Shown here: positions 25,665 through 34,948 of the stretch, piece after piece
Layout: every line of letters begins with the position of its first letter
Position numbering within the stretch: position 1 is the stretch's first letter
The notes under the pieces: model-generated
The model's database searches: none
The model's input: the letters and a program-made list of their open reading frames with translations, nothing else
Told to the model about the DNA's origin: nothing
Assembly: GCA_038998585.1 (NCBI GenBank)
Contig: JAVZGQ010000002.1
Span: 6,625-70,624 of the forward strand
Direction: 5' to 3'
Source: Candidatus Aenigmatarchaeota archaeon
GTDB lineage: Archaea; Aenigmatarchaeota; Aenigmatarchaeia; CG10238-14; SCSR01
DNA length: 64,000 bases
Translations under genes and position numbers: made by a program

Positions 25665-26930
25665 ATGATAATTATTTTTGATGCTCATATTCACAGCTAT
25701 CTAAGTCGTGCCACTAGTAAACAGATGAATCTGGAAGGATTAAGCAAGGGTGCTAAGCTCAAAGGACTAAACATGTTAGGAACAGGGGATATATTCAATC
25801 CAATTTGGTTTAAAGAGCTTAAACAAAAATTACAACCTGTAGATGAAAGTGGATTATTCCAATATAAAGAAATATTATGGATGTTGACAGGTGAAGTAAA
25901 TACAGTTTACCAACAAAATAATAAAACAAGAAAAGTCCATCATCTTCTCCATATACCAAGCTTTGAAATAGCAGAACAGATTATTGAAAAGCTTTCTAGA
26001 TATGGAAACTTAAAAGCAGACGGGAGACCCACCTTGCAAGGATTGACCTCACCAGAATTGGTTGAAATATTAATTGGAATTAGCAAAGACATTATGATTA
26101 CACCTGCACACTTATGGACAAGCTGGTTTGGAGCACTTGGAGAATTTTCAGGTTTTAACTCAGTTGAAGAGTGTTACCAAGACCAAACGAAACACATATT
26201 TTCACTCGAAACTGGTTTGAGCAGCGATCCTGCAATGAATTGGAGAATAAGCTCCTTAGATAAGTTTGCTTTAGTTTCTAACAGTGATAGCCACAGCCCA
26301 TGGTGTTGGAGATTAGGTAGAGAGGCGAACTGCTTCAATTTAGAAAAATTAACTTATTGGGAGATTGTTGACGCCATTAAAAAGAAAGATAAAAAAAAGT
26401 TTTTATATACTATAGAGGTCGACCCAAATTATGGAAAATATCATTGGGATGGTCATCGTAATTGTGAGATAAATTTGCATCCAAGAGATGCTATGAAGTT
26501 AAACAATATCTGCCCAAAGTGTGGAAAAAAATTAACCATAGGAGTATTGCATAGAGTTGAAGAACTAGCAGATAGACCAGAAGGTTTTGTTCCAAAAGAT
26601 GCAATTCCTTTCAAAACTCTACTCCCTTTGTATGAAATAATTTCTTTTGCTTGGGGATGTGGAGAACTTTATTCAAAAAAAGTTTTACAAGAGCATAATA
26701 AGTTAATAGAAAAATTTATAAATGAACTAAATGTTTTACTAAATGTTCCAAAAGAAGAATTGTTAAAGGTAACGAATGAAAAAATTGCTGATGCTATAAT
26801 AAGAGTTAGGGAGGGAAGGGTGAGTTATAAGCCTGGAGCGGATGGACAATATGGGAAAGTTATATTTAATGAAAAATTTATTCAAGAAAGAACAGAATTA
26901 CCAAATCAAAAATCACTTAAAGACTTTTAA
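25665..26930 (+). CDS. endQ: endonuclease Q-like PHP-domain nuclease
   Basis: FDAHIHSYLSRATSK, LGTGDIFNPIW, VHHLLHIP, SNSDSHSP..LGRE and the zinc finger CPKCGKKLTIGVLHRVEELADRP parallel Pyrococcus EndoQ as I recall it. Confidence 0.7.
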   Translation: MIIIFDAHIHSYLSRATSKQMNLEGLSKGAKLKGLNMLGTGDIFNPIWFKELKQKLQPVDESGLFQYKEILWMLTGEVNTVYQQNNKTRKVHHLLHIPSFEIAEQIIEKLSRYGNLKADGRPTLQGLTSPELVEILIGISKDIMITPAHLWTSWFGALGEFSGFNSVEECYQDQTKHIFSLETGLSSDPAMNWRISSLDKFALVSNSDSHSPWCWRLGREANCFNLEKLTYWEIVDAIKKKDKKKFLYTIEVDPNYGKYHWDGHRNCEINLHPRDAMKLNNICPKCGKKLTIGVLHRVEELADRPEGFVPKDAIPFKTLLPLYEIISFAWGCGELYSKKVLQEHNKLIEKFINELNVLLNVPKEELLKVTNEKIADAIIRVREGRVSYKPGADGQYGKVIFNEKFIQERTELPNQKSLKDF

Positions 26931-27256
26931 CCTTTATAAGACAATTTATTTTCACTTTTTAAACTCCAAAGTAAAGATTTCTCACCGATTTAATAAGCTC
27001 TATGAAAGCTAATTTGGCTATACTTGTATTTTATTTTGTTTTGTTTCATTTTTCCAAACTCAAAAAGATTTGAAAGATTTATTTGGTCAAAAATTTTTAA
27101 ATTATAAACTTCTCTTAAAGTTATGTAAAGATTTGCAAGCCAATCCTAATTTCCAGTATAGACAAGATTCTTATGAATTTGTCCTTTTTTATCCCTTCTA
27201 AATCTCTTCCTTTAGTAAAATCACAAATTAAATTTATAGACTCAAATAATATTATT

Positions 27257-27327
27257 GGGTCCGTAGTCTAATGGTAGGACGCCACCCTCACACGGTGGAG
27301 AATTGGGTTCAATTCCCAACGGACCCA
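27257..27327 (+). tRNA. tRNA-Val (CAC), uninterrupted
   Basis: GGGTCCG/CGGACCC acceptor, GTCT-AATGGTA-GGAC D-arm, CCACC-CTCACAC-GGTGG anticodon arm and TTGGG-TTCAATT-CCCAA T-arm. Confidence 0.85.
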
Positions 27328-27359
27328 TAAATTTAAGCAATCAAATTCATTTTCTCTAT

Positions 27360-28133
27360 ATGCTTAAACTTGTAGAAAAAATTCTGCGCTTCTTATTTTT
27401 ACCTCAACCACAATATACACTAATAAATACTTGCATTTATGCAATTAGTTTTGTTTTTGTGTCCTATTTTTTCTTCCTATTTTTACAAAAAATGAAAATT
27501 AAAGTGAATAGAGATTTAGCAATTTCTATCCTTCCATTCATATTTCTTGGAAGTGGCTTGAGAGTTTTTGTTGACTATAAACTTTTTGAAAGCATTCTGC
27601 TCACAACTCCCTTAATTTACCTGACAATTGGTTTTATTTTTGTCTTAGCCGTAATATTTTCAAAATTTTTACAAAAGAGGTATAAAATACCCTATTTCAA
27701 AACAACCTCTTTTCTAGGAGTTTTATTAGCCTCGCCTTTTGTGGTGACTCTTATATTTAAGATCGTTAATCCATTGGCTTTGATTTTTGTGTTGATTTTA
27801 CTTTTACCTTGGTTGGTTTTAATGAAAATAATAAAATGGGAAGATTCGAATAAAGCCGCTTTTCTTTCTCAAATTTTTGACGCAACTGTTAGTTTTGTTG
27901 GTATAAATTTTTTTGATTATGAAGAGATGCATGTATTACCAAAAATTTTCATTCAATCTCTTGGTCCAATTTCTTTTCTATTCTTAAAAGCTATTGTGAT
28001 TTTCTCTATCCTAATTTTACTCGAAAAATTAAAAGGGGAAGAAGAAATCAAAAATTTCATAAAGCTCATGATAGGTATTCTTGGTGCTTCAACTGGAATT
28101 AGAGACCTTTTAAGAATTCTTGTCTTGACTTAA
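27360..28133 (+). CDS. polytopic membrane protein (hypothetical)
   Basis: About 7 hydrophobic helices. Start moved to ATG 27360 because the track start 27303 lies inside tRNA-Val. Confidence 0.55.
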   Translation: MLKLVEKILRFLFLPQPQYTLINTCIYAISFVFVSYFFFLFLQKMKIKVNRDLAISILPFIFLGSGLRVFVDYKLFESILLTTPLIYLTIGFIFVLAVIFSKFLQKRYKIPYFKTTSFLGVLLASPFVVTLIFKIVNPLALIFVLILLLPWLVLMKIIKWEDSNKAAFLSQIFDATVSFVGINFFDYEEMHVLPKIFIQSLGPISFLFLKAIVIFSILILLEKLKGEEEIKNFIKLMIGILGASTGIRDLLRILVLT

Positions 28134-29233
28134 TATTGGGAAATTTCAAGAGTAACATCCTCGAGTAAATAAGATCCTCCCTTTTCTGTGGAAAATGAAA
28201 TTGTATTCGTACCGGCTTTAAGCTCAACATCGTTACCAAACTTCTTAACAAGATAATATGGCGGTACATTGTTATAAATTGTTTTATCATTTATTTTTAT
28301 AGTCAGAATTGATAGTTTTGGTGGTAGAACTATTTCATAGCTTTTTGCAAACAAAGAAATTTTACCTTCCTTGAAATTCTTAACTTCAAACTCTTCAAGA
28401 GAAAAATTAAACTCCCTAAAAATTGTTCCATTGTACTCAACCACAAACCTGGCTGAAGCTATTTTATAAAAGGAGTTTGACCAAAATACAAAACCTGGTA
28501 CACCTGCTTTTAAAACTATCGAATTAGATCTTCTGATCGATTCTTTTGGAATTTTTAAAATTACCTCGCCAACGCCAACTTTTTTGTCAAAAGTTTTGTT
28601 ATCATTGAACTCTACTATTAGGTTACCTAAAGAATTTGTTTGATCAATCACTATCTGCAAATATGCATTTGAAATCAAAGGCAGTTTTTCTTCAGGGATT
28701 ATAGCTGCAAAGCTTGAGGAAAATTCTGAAAAATAGCCTTTTTCCACTTTGAAATTTTCTCTTTCTTCTACAATTTCTTCTCCAACAATATAGCCTACAT
28801 TAAAATCATCAAAAGAGAATGGAATTATTTTTTCTTCTGTTCTTGTGGAAACATTTACTGAAATTGGAATTATTTTTTGGAAACCTAAGGTCTCGACATA
28901 AATCTCTCCCCAATATGTGCCATAAGATGCTGAAATTGGAACATCTACATAAACCTTAACCCTTTCCTCCTTTTCCACATTAATTCTATCTCTCTCGAAA
29001 CTTATCCAGCTTGCAATTTTACCAGAGCTTCTTAAAGTCACATTGTAAGCCGTACCGCTTATAAAGATGTAAAAAGAAGAAGAAGACCCTCTCGCTATTG
29101 TTAAATCCTTCGAGTCTGGTAAGACTGTTATTTGAGTTGAAGCTTGTGAAGTCCAAACAACAAGAAAAACACCTATTAGTATCAAACCTGCTAGAAGAAT
29201 AAATGCAAACTCGTCTACCTGGGCTTTCATCAA
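28130..29233 (-). CDS. surface protein with class III (prepilin-like) signal peptide
   Basis: MMKA/QVDEFAFILLAGLILIGVFLVVW is a N-terminus, followed by a beta-rich region (ITVLPDS..LTIARGSSSSFYIFISG) like CARDB/adhesin domains. Confidence 0.5.
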   Translation of the reverse strand: MMKAQVDEFAFILLAGLILIGVFLVVWTSQASTQITVLPDSKDLTIARGSSSSFYIFISGTAYNVTLRSSGKIASWISFERDRINVEKEERVKVYVDVPISASYGTYWGEIYVETLGFQKIIPISVNVSTRTEEKIIPFSFDDFNVGYIVGEEIVEERENFKVEKGYFSEFSSSFAAIIPEEKLPLISNAYLQIVIDQTNSLGNLIVEFNDNKTFDKKVGVGEVILKIPKESIRRSNSIVLKAGVPGFVFWSNSFYKIASARFVVEYNGTIFREFNFSLEEFEVKNFKEGKISLFAKSYEIVLPPKLSILTIKINDKTIYNNVPPYYLVKKFGNDVELKAGTNTISFSTEKGGSYLLEDVTLEISQY

Positions 29234-29274
29234 ATACCCCTTAATTCTTAAATTATATTTTAAAAAGAATAAGT

Positions 29275-29466
29275 TTATTTCATTTCTTTCTTTTTTATAG
29301 AAGTTATATACCCGGCAACTATGTTTCTTATCCTTTTTGAGTTTATATCAATAAGTTGATCTAAGATCTTCTTGTTTGTCTCAAAATCTGTATAAAACTT
29401 GTCTCCTTTTTTTTCAATTAAGTCTCTTGCTATCTTTTTGATAAAAGAAGTTTTAATTCTCCCCAT
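29275..29466 (-). CDS. rps17e: ribosomal protein S17e
   Basis: MGRIKTSFIKKIARDLIEKKGDKFYTDFETNKKIL matches eS17. Confidence 0.9.
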   Translation of the reverse strand: MGRIKTSFIKKIARDLIEKKGDKFYTDFETNKKILDQLIDINSKRIRNIVAGYITSIKKKEMK

Positions 29467-29480
29467 CGAATCACTTGATC

Positions 29481-30047
29481 TTAAGGTGTGAGGCGTTTAA
29501 TTTCATAATAAGTACAATCGTTCTCACGATCTACAACAGCCCAAACGAAAGTTGCTCTTATATTATGTGCGAGCCTCACAGCTCTAGACATTTCTGGTAA
29601 AGAAAAAGCAGCTTCTTCAGGGACAGCATGAACCACAAACTTTGTATGCTCATGTGGGGCTTTTGGGCCTCTTACAAGCTTTACCCCTCTCTCGTAAACC
29701 CTAAAATGGGCACCAAATTTAAATCCAGTCTTAACGAGATATCCTCTTTCCCTTAAGTCACTATAAACTACAAATTGTGGATGGAATTGATTGATGTTCT
29801 TTGTTGCAATCTCCAACAACTCCCTCAAGTCTATGAATCTCTTTTTCTCTCCCTCTTTTAAAAAAACTTTTATTTTTCCTTTTTCCAAAAGATATGCAGC
29901 TTCGACCAGCTCTAGTTCAAGCCTGTCTGGATCCTCTTCAGGAACTGGTTTACCATAACCAGAATCGTCATAAAGTCTAACAGAATCCCTATCCCAAATT
30001 ATCACTCTATTTTCTACCAACTCGCCTTCCCAAACCTTGTCTACCAT
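29481..30047 (-). CDS. endA: tRNA-splicing endonuclease subunit (EndA family, ~188 aa)
   Basis: RGYLVKTGFKFGAHFRVYERG ... HEHTKFVVHAV ... VRLAHNIRATFVWAVVD aligns colinearly with M. jannaschii EndA. The catalytic Tyr and His are present. Confidence 0.85.
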   Translation of the reverse strand: MVDKVWEGELVENRVIIWDRDSVRLYDDSGYGKPVPEEDPDRLELELVEAAYLLEKGKIKVFLKEGEKKRFIDLRELLEIATKNINQFHPQFVVYSDLRERGYLVKTGFKFGAHFRVYERGVKLVRGPKAPHEHTKFVVHAVPEEAAFSLPEMSRAVRLAHNIRATFVWAVVDRENDCTYYEIKRLTP

Positions 30048-30090
30048 ACAACTATTTTATTTTGTCAACTTTTAAAAACTTTTCTGGAAT

Positions 30091-30603
30091 TTACACCCAA
30101 ACTATTTTATGACAACTCTGACAAAGATTTTTTCCTTTTCTATCCACATCACTAACTGTATTAGAAAAACTCATCACACATGTTGAAATTGGGCAATGAC
30201 CTAGGCCGAGCATATGGCCGACTTCATGAATTACTTCCTTCACGGCTCTTTCTATAAAGAGATTTTCGTTAGAGGTTTGCTTATAAAAAGTTGGGTCTAG
30301 TCTATGAATTGAAACGATGCCATAATTTCCAGGACAGTAGGCTTGGCCGAAAACAAAATTCAAATTTTCAGCATAAAGATCTTTGTCTGTAATTCCTAGG
30401 GTTTTGCCATAAAATTTTTCTGACAAAAATTTAAGCACGAGTGGAGCAGGGTATTGTTGGCGAATTTCGTTAAAAACTTCCTTAGGAATTTCTATTGGTT
30501 TTGTCGTCTCTGTGCTAAGTCCGAATTTTTCTCTCAATTCTGAAGCTATTGTAGTGAGCATATCTTCAGAAATTTTGCCGAGTTGGACAATTGTAATTTT
30601 CAT
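30091..30603 (-). CDS. amzA: archaemetzincin
   Basis: HEVGHMLGLGHC plus the second Cys cluster CVMSF...CQSCH. Confidence 0.85.
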   Translation of the reverse strand: MKITIVQLGKISEDMLTTIASELREKFGLSTETTKPIEIPKEVFNEIRQQYPAPLVLKFLSEKFYGKTLGITDKDLYAENLNFVFGQAYCPGNYGIVSIHRLDPTFYKQTSNENLFIERAVKEVIHEVGHMLGLGHCPISTCVMSFSNTVSDVDRKGKNLCQSCHKIVWV

Positions 30604-30632
30604 AAAAATAATTTGAATTTGAAATTAAAAAA

Positions 30633-30721
30633 TGGGACGGGTGGGATTTGAACCCACAACACATCGCTCTTCAGGCGATCTAGAGCCAAATGGTTGCTCT
30701 CCCGGGTTGAGCTACCGTCCC
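30633..30721 (-). tRNA. tRNA-Phe (GAA) with ~15-nt insertion between D-arm and anticodon stem
   Basis: Minus-strand fold: GGGACGG TA GCTC-AACCCGGGA-GAGC [AACCATTTGGCTCTAG] ATCGC-CTGAAGA-GCGAT GTGTT GTGGG-TTCAAAT-CCCAC CCGTCCC A. Confidence 0.75.
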
Positions 30722-30756
30722 TCTAGGACTTTTTAATAATTAGCTTTTATTTTATT

Positions 30757-31455
30757 TTAAAACTTTAATCTGTATTTTATTCCCTCTTTAATCACAAAAA
30801 ACAATACTCCAAAGACTATTCTCATGCCCCTCAAAAGCCCTGACTTTTTCTTGTAAGTTATTGTTACAGGAACTTGAGCCATATTTAATTTGTTTTTTAT
30901 GGCTGAGACCAACATTTGGTCTTCAAGAATGTAACCACCCTTTATATCATCTTTAATTTTTTCCATAGATTTTCTAGAGAATGCAACAAAACCACAATTC
31001 GTGTCTTCTAATTTTTTTTTAAATAACAAATTAAAGCTTGTCCTCCAAACAAAATTACCGAGTCTGTGCCTCAAAGGCACTTTTGACCAATCCCTTTTTC
31101 CCATCACAAAATCTGCTTTTCCTTCTTCCAAAGTTTTAAGAAATTGGGGAGCATCTTTTATTTTATATTGTCCATCAGTATCTGCAATTATGATGAAATC
31201 AACATTTTTATCTTCCAAATAATTAAATCCTGTTTTTATAGCCTCGCCCTTACCTTTATTTTTTTCATGTCTAAGTACAATAACACCAAGTCTTTTAGCG
31301 ATTTCGAATGTCCTATCTTTAGAACCATCATCAACCACAACTATGAGAGAATCTGGTAAGAATTTTTTAGCCTCTTCTATTACAAACCTTATATTCTTTT
31401 CTTCATTGTATGCTGGTAAAATTAAAGCCGACTTACTCATTCGACTCTTATTCAA
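30757..31455 (-). CDS. family-2 glycosyltransferase (dolichyl-phosphate sugar synthase-like)
   Basis: LILPAYNEEKNI, VVVDDGSKDRT, IIADTDGQY and a C-terminal TM. Confidence 0.8.
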   Translation of the reverse strand: MNKSRMSKSALILPAYNEEKNIRFVIEEAKKFLPDSLIVVVDDGSKDRTFEIAKRLGVIVLRHEKNKGKGEAIKTGFNYLEDKNVDFIIIADTDGQYKIKDAPQFLKTLEEGKADFVMGKRDWSKVPLRHRLGNFVWRTSFNLLFKKKLEDTNCGFVAFSRKSMEKIKDDIKGGYILEDQMLVSAIKNKLNMAQVPVTITYKKKSGLLRGMRIVFGVLFFVIKEGIKYRLKF

Positions 31456-31488
31456 TTTAAGATTTTACATTTAAAAAATTAAAAAAAA

Positions 31489-32577
31489 TTAATCTAGCCA
31501 ATCCTTATTTTTAATTTTTTCTGGGAGATATTTATCTGAAATAAATGTTATTCCCTTTGAAGAGAGTGCCGCCAATTCTGCTTTAGCCCTCAAATCTTTC
31601 ATCATCTTGAATTGTCTTTGCCATTCTTTACTGTTCTTGAACCAATCATAATTCTTTATTTGTTCCAACCTCTTGAAATCAACTTCCTTAAACTTTATCA
31701 AATGTTTTTTCAAATCATATTTTTCAATATCATCTGCAGTCAAACCTAAAAATTTGGCGTTGGGGATTGCTAGTCTTTCTGATATGTGAGCCAGGGAAAT
31801 TGAGCCGAATTTAAGAACAGAATAAATGTAAAATCCCCAAGGATCGAAATCTGTTAAAACATAAATCGGCATCTTATGCTCTAAGTGAAGTCTTTGTAAA
31901 AGCCTTCTTACTCCTCGAGTGGCTTGACCCTGTGAGCTAACTATAACACAATTCAATTTTTCCCAAACCCTATCCTCATGTAACCTTTCCCATTCAGCTG
32001 CTTTTTCCATATAAATTACAAAATCAGCGCTCACTTTCTTGAAAAATATATCTTCAACATTAGATGGAATGCTCCAACCTCCTGAACCAAGCTTACTCCA
32101 GTCTACAATATCACCTTTATCTTCAATCACGACTTTTCCAGCAACAGAACCCATCTTGTTTGCATTTATGTGAAGCTGCTCTCTTGAAGCATTTGCTATA
32201 AGTTCCAGGTCCTCTATAGCTTCGTTCGATTCTGTTTGTTCATCAACAAGATTTATATTTGAACCTGGTAAAGTTCTCTTCATCCTATAGAATGCTTCTC
32301 TCAGACTTAGATGTTTGTTTACTTCGATCAATTCTTTTGAAAGGGCTGCTGCTTCTATAGTTTGAACAAATTTCCTTACATGAGCTATATTGAAGAAATA
32401 CCTTTTTGCCGTAGCGTCTCCCAAAACAAGCATTTTTGTTTGCTCGTCAAAATTAACATTACTCAAAGTTCTTATAGGTACATTTAAGCTTGGATTTCTT
32501 CCATTTTTAATATCATCCAAAATCTTTTCCCCTATGTTCTTAAGACTTTTCTTCACTTCGTCCTTCTTCTTTTCCAC
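31489..32577 (-). CDS. top6A: DNA topoisomerase VI subunit A
   Basis: Spo11-like 5Y-CAP and Toprim segments (FNIAHVRKF, IYVLTDFDPWGFYIYSVLKFGS). Confidence 0.9.
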   Translation of the reverse strand: MEKKKDEVKKSLKNIGEKILDDIKNGRNPSLNVPIRTLSNVNFDEQTKMLVLGDATAKRYFFNIAHVRKFVQTIEAAALSKELIEVNKHLSLREAFYRMKRTLPGSNINLVDEQTESNEAIEDLELIANASREQLHINANKMGSVAGKVVIEDKGDIVDWSKLGSGGWSIPSNVEDIFFKKVSADFVIYMEKAAEWERLHEDRVWEKLNCVIVSSQGQATRGVRRLLQRLHLEHKMPIYVLTDFDPWGFYIYSVLKFGSISLAHISERLAIPNAKFLGLTADDIEKYDLKKHLIKFKEVDFKRLEQIKNYDWFKNSKEWQRQFKMMKDLRAKAELAALSSKGITFISDKYLPEKIKNKDWLD

Positions 32578-34114
32578 TTACCTCACCTTTTTTAATTATT
32601 TTTTCTAATTCCTCAATTATCTTTTGTTTTTGTTCTCCTGTTAATTTTTCCAAAGATTCTGCAAGCTCTGGAATGTATTTTTCAAACATTTCTCTTCTCA
32701 TTTGTGATTCTCTTTCTCTTCTTATTTGTCTAACATAGCTTGCAAGCTTTCTTCCAGCATCTTGAAGGGCTAGCTTAATCTCACGAATAATTTCTGGATA
32801 CTTTGCTATGGCTTGCTTTCCTTCAGAAGTGAATGGCACCCAAACTGATGCAAAGTGTATGAAAATTACCAAAGGTCCTACTGGGAGTTGGCCTTGGGAT
32901 TGTGATAGACCGTAGCGGCGAAAATCTGTTTCTATCGTCGCTTCAGTTAAAGCACAATCTGCCTGATGGTAAAGTAATGGGACTTTGTTGGCAAATCTCA
33001 AAAGCTGAGCTGTTTGATCTTGCGGTAAATTACCTCCATAAGCTAGTCCACACTCAACTTGAAAAGGATTGCCACGATAAACACTTGGCGGTCTTGTGAC
33101 AGCAACCACATATTCAGCATCAGTCTCTTTTTTCAAACCTTCCATTATAAGTTTTTCACCTAGAGGGGAAAGACAGTCTGTTGGAGGGGAAACAAGCTTG
33201 ACTAACTGCATGGCTTTGTGAAGTCTTTCCGATTCTTCATGCGTTAGTTCTTGTGGCCTCCTATTCAACTCAAGTTTTGCTAGTTTACAAATTTGTTCAG
33301 CAGACCTTCTTCCAACCCTAGAAAATTCAGAAGTTAAAAATTGTGAAAGTGTTTTTGTTTTTGTAGTCGAGAGCATTCTTCTCAAAAGACCAATCTCAAC
33401 ACCATAAGGATGTGGTTTTATTTCTTTTGGTTGTTTTGGCATTTCTTTGACAGCCCTTTCAAACTCAATTTTGCCATTTGGGCCATCAAAAATTATTTTA
33501 GCATATGGATTTGCGATTGCTGTTTGTTTAAGATATTCTGGAACTGATTGTGCTCTTTCCACATATTTACCTTCGATTTCCATTTCAATCTTAACTCCAT
33601 GCCATTTGCTTGAATTTTTTTCCAATTTGTGAGAAACAATTATCGGCTCATTTTTGATCACATCTATCATTAGCTCGAAAATATGAATGTCTTTACCTGT
33701 GCTTGTTGTAATTCTTGTTGGTTTGCCTGTAGTGAGTTGAGAATATAGAACTGCGCCGTGAATTCCAAGACCTTGAACACCTCGCGACTGTCTTAGCCTA
33801 TGAAATTTTGAGCCATATAAAAATTTACCAAAGGCGTAAGGAACTTTTGATTCAATTACACCTGGACCATTATCTTCAATTACAACTTTAAACCTCTCGG
33901 CATTTGTTGGCTTAACAACAACTTTTATTTCTGGCAAAATTCCTGCTTCACCACAAGCATCCAAGCTATTATCAACCCCTTCTTTTACTACAGTCAACAG
34001 AGCTTTTGTTAGATTCTCGTAGCCGAGCAAATGTCTATTTTTCTCGAAAAATTCGGCTACAGAAACCTCCTTCATATCCTTTGCCATTTTTTCAGCTATA
34101 GTTTCTTCAACCAT
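32540..34114 (-). CDS. top6B: DNA topoisomerase VI subunit B
   Basis: GHKL ATPase motifs (VKEGVDNSLDA, IEDNGPGV, GSKFHRLRQSRGVQGLG) and the transducer domain. The 3' end overlaps top6A by 38 nt. Confidence 0.9.
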   Translation of the reverse strand: MVEETIAEKMAKDMKEVSVAEFFEKNRHLLGYENLTKALLTVVKEGVDNSLDACGEAGILPEIKVVVKPTNAERFKVVIEDNGPGVIESKVPYAFGKFLYGSKFHRLRQSRGVQGLGIHGAVLYSQLTTGKPTRITTSTGKDIHIFELMIDVIKNEPIIVSHKLEKNSSKWHGVKIEMEIEGKYVERAQSVPEYLKQTAIANPYAKIIFDGPNGKIEFERAVKEMPKQPKEIKPHPYGVEIGLLRRMLSTTKTKTLSQFLTSEFSRVGRRSAEQICKLAKLELNRRPQELTHEESERLHKAMQLVKLVSPPTDCLSPLGEKLIMEGLKKETDAEYVVAVTRPPSVYRGNPFQVECGLAYGGNLPQDQTAQLLRFANKVPLLYHQADCALTEATIETDFRRYGLSQSQGQLPVGPLVIFIHFASVWVPFTSEGKQAIAKYPEIIREIKLALQDAGRKLASYVRQIRRERESQMRREMFEKYIPELAESLEKLTGEQKQKIIEELEKIIKKGEVSGKEEGRSEEKS

Positions 34115-34595
34115 ACCTACCCTCCATCAGAGATTTGAAGACTGTCGAATGTTTTCTTCCTTGAAGCAAGCTTTCAATAGCCTGTCTTGCTCTTTGGACC
34201 CCATCCCACTTCCCTATTATTGAAACTGTTTTACCAAATATAGCAATTTTAACATTTGTATATTTTTCTATTAATTTTTTTGCTTCACCCTCTCTTCCTA
34301 TTATCCTACCCTTTACAACAACCATCCTTTTCTTTGATTTGCCTGAAACTTCTTTTATGTTTATTGTTTCTAAATAATATTGCTCGTCTAATAAGTTTAA
34401 TGCAGAATCCAAATCAAATCCTCTCCCAAAAGCATTTATTACTTCTTTTATTCTCATCGACAATAATGGATCTTTTGTTTCAATTGAAATCTCATCATTT
34501 ATCTTTATTTTACAATCTACAAGCTTTTCTAATTTATTTACACAACTTCTAAAAGATTTTAGCCTTTCTTCGGGAATTTTCACAAAATCTATCAT
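34107..34595 (-). CDS. KH-domain RNA-binding protein (archaeal Dim2/Pno1-like)
   Basis: Two KH-like segments (RIIGREGEAKKLIE) and the conserved neighbourhood with aIF-1A. Confidence 0.6.
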   Translation of the reverse strand: MIDFVKIPEERLKSFRSCVNKLEKLVDCKIKINDEISIETKDPLLSMRIKEVINAFGRGFDLDSALNLLDEQYYLETINIKEVSGKSKKRMVVVKGRIIGREGEAKKLIEKYTNVKIAIFGKTVSIIGKWDGVQRARQAIESLLQGRKHSTVFKSLMEGRYG

Positions 34596-34597
34596 AA

Positions 34598-34948
34598 TTA
34601 CTCTATCTGGATGTTTTTAACAAAACCTTTTCTCTTGAGCCAGCCAGCCTGAGTTGGGGTGTATTTAAAAATTATGTCTCCTCTTTCATTGCTTTGAACT
34701 TTCCATGGTTGAATGAGAACCAAATCACCAGCCCCTATCCAAACTTTTTTTCTCAACCTACCAGGAATTCTACAAATTCTTGTATTTCCGTCATCACATA
34801 TAACCTTAAGTTTATCTCCACCCAGCATCATTTCAACCGCACCCAAAACCTCACCTTCTCTTGGAATTCTAATTCTGGCTATCTCAAGTTCTTCTTGTGT
34901 CGGCTCATATTTTTTCGGCATATTATCACTTATTTTATTTTCATTCAA
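34598..34948 (-). CDS. eif1a: translation initiation factor aIF-1A
   Basis: EGEVLGAVEMMLGGDKLKVICDDGNTRICRIPGRLRKKVWIGAGDLVLIQPW. Confidence 0.9.
   Translation of the reverse strand: MNENKISDNMPKKYEPTQEELEIARIRIPREGEVLGAVEMMLGGDKLKVICDDGNTRICRIPGRLRKKVWIGAGDLVLIQPWKVQSNERGDIIFKYTPTQAGWLKRKGFVKNIQIE

Noticed and set aside
27303-27359. The track start of the membrane protein ORF is at 27303.
   Set aside because: Its first 8 codons lie inside tRNA-Val (ends at 27327). ATG 27360 gives a normal hydrophobic N-terminus.
32540-32577. The 38-nt overlap of top6B and top6A could suggest a frameshift or fusion.
   Set aside because: Both ORFs are full-length with intact termini. The overlap involves only the charged tail of B and the charged N-terminus of A, and operon overlaps are common here.
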